Source of the DNA: Sphingomonadaceae bacterium
GTDB taxonomy: Bacteria; Pseudomonadota; Alphaproteobacteria; Sphingomonadales; Sphingomonadaceae
Direction of reading: 5' to 3'
Assembly: GCA_024645025.1 (NCBI GenBank)
Contig: JAHEGQ010000001.1
Span: 22,409 to 75,609, forward strand
Length of the DNA stretch: 53,201 bases
Under the pieces are notes generated by a model that was not told the DNA's origin, ran no database searches, and saw only the letters and a program-made list of their open reading frames with translations. Made by a program: the position numbers and the translations under genes. Positions 50,535 through 53,201 of this stretch are shown in pieces (position 1 is the first letter of the stretch; every line of letters begins with the position of its first letter).

Positions 50535-52156
50535 GCGGGTTCCAATATCTTGCGGCCGGGGCGCACCATCATCTTCTTCCCAGCCTTGGTCTTGATCGAC
50601 ACATCCCGCACCGTGTCCATCATCACCCATTCGTTGGTCGCTGCCTTGGGGGTCAGCGACAGCAGCATATAGCCGCGATTGGCCGTGTCGGCCCAGCGCA
50701 GCTCAGCCGTGTTGCGGGCCAACAGGTCGGCGGCGATGCGGTTGGGGTCGATACCCGGGGTAGAGGCTTCGATCCCCGGCGACGTGACGCTTTGCCCGCC
50801 AAATTCAACACCGGCGGGCCGACCGCCTTCGGGCAGATCAAAGGCCCAGCTGTTATGGCTGTCGCCCGACACCACGACGAGGTTCAGGTCCTGACGTTGG
50901 GCAGCGGCCAGCACGCGGCTGCGCGCCGCTGGATAGCCGCCCCAACTGTCAAGATTATAAGGCAGGCCCGCCTTTGCGGCGACGATCCCTTGCCGGATAT
51001 AGTTTTTGCGCGACTCTGGCACATCCGGCGCAAACCAGTTCAGCGCCTCGTCTGGCGTATAGCTATAGCCCATATTCGTGCCGACACCCAGCACTTGCCA
51101 AAGGCCCTGCTTGCGGGCGAACTGATGGGCGATCCAGCTTTCCTGTTCGCTGCCAAACATTGTCATCGCCGGGTCGCGCCATGCACCGTCATGAAATTCG
51201 GCCAAGGCCTTGGCTGGGTCGCTGGTCTTTAGATAGTCGCCCAGATTGGCCTGTTTGGAACGTGCAACCATGCGGGTATCGGTGCGCAAATAGCTGCCCA
51301 ATTCGCCAAATTCATAGGCTTTCCAGGGCTGCTCGCCCACGGGCAGCCATTCGCGCCATACCTGCATCGCGGCATTGCGCCGGGCCGACCAATCGCCTTC
51401 ATCCGGGCTGTGATTTTGCGCGCCGCCTTCCCAGCTGTCGTTCGCGCCTTCATGATCATCGGTGCTGACAATCCACGGGGCATTGGCGTGCAGCGCCTGC
51501 AATTGCGGGTCGCTGCGATAGCTGGCGTAGCGCAGGCGATAATCGGCCAGCGTCAGGATTTCCCCCGCCGGGAAAAGCCGGGCGGCAAATTTCGTGCCCG
51601 CATCATAGCCGCCTCGGCCATATTCATAGATGTAATCGCCCAGATGCAAGACGAGGTCGACATCCGCGCGTGCGGCGGCGTGGCCATAAGCGTTGAATTC
51701 CCCAAAGCCGAGGTTGGAGCAGGAAAAGATCGCGATGTTGAAACGCGACGCCTTGCCAACAGGCAGCGTCTTGGTGCGGCCAATGGGAGAGAGGCTGCCA
51801 TCTGGCCCGACAAAGCGGTAAAAATAGGTGCGGCCCGGCATCAGCCCGTCAACCGTAATCTTGACCGTGTGGTCGCGCCAGGGGCCCGTTACCATTTCGC
51901 CGCCGGCCACGATTTTGGCAAAGTCCCGACTGGCAGAAACTTCGGCCCGCACCTTGGAAGGGCCACCGCTGGCGCTGACGAAACGGGTCCAGAGCAGCAT
52001 CGAATCTGGCCCCGGCTCGCCCGATGCGACATTATGGGTGAAGCCCGTCAGCCCCAGCAGCGCCTGTGCCGCCACCCCGCCGCCGGGCAAAAGCAGCCCG
52101 CCTATGCCAAAGCCTGCGGTGGCGATCAGTGCCCGACGATCAATGCGAAAGGTCAT
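50531..52156 (-). CDS. phoD: Alkaline phosphatase D (Tat-exported)
   Basis: IDRR Tat motif; VASGEP...LWTR, SCSN, LGDYIYE, DDHE, DSWGGY and GDSH motifs. Confidence 0.93.
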   Translation of the reverse strand: MTFRIDRRALIATAGFGIGGLLLPGGGVAAQALLGLTGFTHNVASGEPGPDSMLLWTRFVSASGGPSKVRAEVSASRDFAKIVAGGEMVTGPWRDHTVKITVDGLMPGRTYFYRFVGPDGSLSPIGRTKTLPVGKASRFNIAIFSCSNLGFGEFNAYGHAAARADVDLVLHLGDYIYEYGRGGYDAGTKFAARLFPAGEILTLADYRLRYASYRSDPQLQALHANAPWIVSTDDHEGANDSWEGGAQNHSPDEGDWSARRNAAMQVWREWLPVGEQPWKAYEFGELGSYLRTDTRMVARSKQANLGDYLKTSDPAKALAEFHDGAWRDPAMTMFGSEQESWIAHQFARKQGLWQVLGVGTNMGYSYTPDEALNWFAPDVPESRKNYIRQGIVAAKAGLPYNLDSWGGYPAARSRVLAAAQRQDLNLVVVSGDSHNSWAFDLPEGGRPAGVEFGGQSVTSPGIEASTPGIDPNRIAADLLARNTAELRWADTANRGYMLLSLTPKAATNEWVMMDTVRDVSIKTKAGKKMMVRPGRKILEPA

Positions 52157-52206
52157 CAACCCTACCCCTTATCATGTGAGATGCCGCGCCAGTCTATCCG
52201 GGTGCC

Positions 52207-52224
52207 ATGGCACCGGGATGACAG
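52207..52224 (-). promoter_or_regulatory. PHO box (PhoB site) upstream of phoD
   Basis: CTGTCAT-CCCG-GTGCCAT, followed after 10 nt by a TAGACT -10 element. Confidence 0.7.
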
Positions 52225-52236
52225 ACCCGCAGCGCC

Positions 52237-53031
52237 TTAGGTGCGATAGCTTGGGTCAATCCGATCCAGCTTGCGCAGCAAGGCGGGCCAAGCAAGGCCG
52301 CGCGCGACCAAGGCCATGCCCGGGCCAGAGGATTGGGTTTCCACCTTTTCCGGGGTGCCTTGGGGCGGGTTATACAGGCCATCGCGCCCGGCAGAGAGCA
52401 TTTTCACCTGCGCTTCACAGGCGCGTTCGATGAAGTAGAGCCGCAAGAAACACTCCGCGACAGATGGCCCCACCGCCAGCGTGCCATGGTTGCGCAGGAT
52501 CATCAGGTTCTTCGTGCCCATGTCCTCTACCAGGCGGTCGCGTTCTTCCAGATCGGTCGCGATGCCTTCATATTCATGATAGGCAATGTCGTGCAGCGCG
52601 ATCATTGCGGTTTGGGTGTGGGGCAACAGCCCGTCGGCCATCGCGCTGACGGCCTGCCCATGCGGCGTGTGCAGATGCATAACGGCATGGGCATCCTCGC
52701 GCGCCATGTGCAGCGCGGAATGGATGGTGAAGCCCGCGGGGTTCACCGGGTGGGCGGTTGGCACAACCGGTTGGCCCTCAACATCAATCTTGACGAGCGA
52801 AGACGCGGTAATCTCTTCAAACATCATATCATAAGGGTTGATGAGGAAGTGATGCTCCGGCCCCGGCACGCGGGCGGACAAATGGGTGAAGATCAGATCA
52901 TCCCAGCCATATAGGGCGACCAAGCGATAAGCGGCGGCGAGATCCACACGGATTGCCCATTCTTCGTCGCTCACCATGCCGCGGATGTGATCGTCATTCG
53001 CGCTGGAATTGGTTTTCATGACAGTGGCCAT
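52237..53031 (-). CDS. Class II aldolase/adducin family protein
   Basis: DLAAAYR, FTHLSAR, IHSALH, HLHT and LRNHG motifs; SD GGAGGG. Confidence 0.92.
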   Translation of the reverse strand: MATVMKTNSSANDDHIRGMVSDEEWAIRVDLAAAYRLVALYGWDDLIFTHLSARVPGPEHHFLINPYDMMFEEITASSLVKIDVEGQPVVPTAHPVNPAGFTIHSALHMAREDAHAVMHLHTPHGQAVSAMADGLLPHTQTAMIALHDIAYHEYEGIATDLEERDRLVEDMGTKNLMILRNHGTLAVGPSVAECFLRLYFIERACEAQVKMLSAGRDGLYNPPQGTPEKVETQSSGPGMALVARGLAWPALLRKLDRIDPSYRT

Positions 53032-53163
53032 GCTTGCCCTCCTGATTGTGCTGTGGCGCGCAAGCTATCACCTGATCGCCGAAAGGCTAGACGTGACACA
53101 GCATTTTTCAGCTTTTTTAATGTCCGTGCTGGTGGTTACGTTACGGCACACTAGATGGGGGTT

Positions 53164-53201
53164 ATGGATAAGGTCCGACCCGCCATTGCTCAGCGCGCCG
53201 C
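53164..53201 (+). CDS. Possible 5' end of a gene running off the window
   Basis: GGGGG SD-like run followed by ATG; only 12 codons visible. Confidence 0.3.
   Translation, partial: MDKVRPAIAQRA

Overview
About 60% GC alphaproteobacterial chromosome segment; gene content and order suggest Sphingomonadaceae. It is mostly core genome. It holds the end of a microaerobic cluster (ccoGHIS, a small Cys-rich gene, ompW-usp, hemN with paired FNR boxes), tRNA-Ala(CGC), gyrB, an orphan CYP153-like P450, queG, a cls-like gene, rpoZ, phaC, rlmE, ppx, tRNA-Gln(CTG), sufE, tadA, rpmB, xseA/purD, proA-nadD-rsfS-rlmH, ptsP-rodZ-cpoB-tilS-ftsH, a BigR/SqrR-type persulfide detoxification locus, and phoD with a PHO box. 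I found no integrase, transposase or CRISPR array. The most unusual stretch is 9600-10380, just downstream of gyrB, where two highly structured small transcription units converge on one hairpin. On the minus strand is a phage-type C4-like antisense RNA with its own a1/b1 target leader and promoter, ahead of a 68-aa ORF, with no phage genes nearby. On the plus strand is a promoter-driven RNA with a 15-nt match to the 16S 3' tail, a 15-aa basic ORF and a downstream anti-SD element. All calls come from manual reading; no database searches were run.
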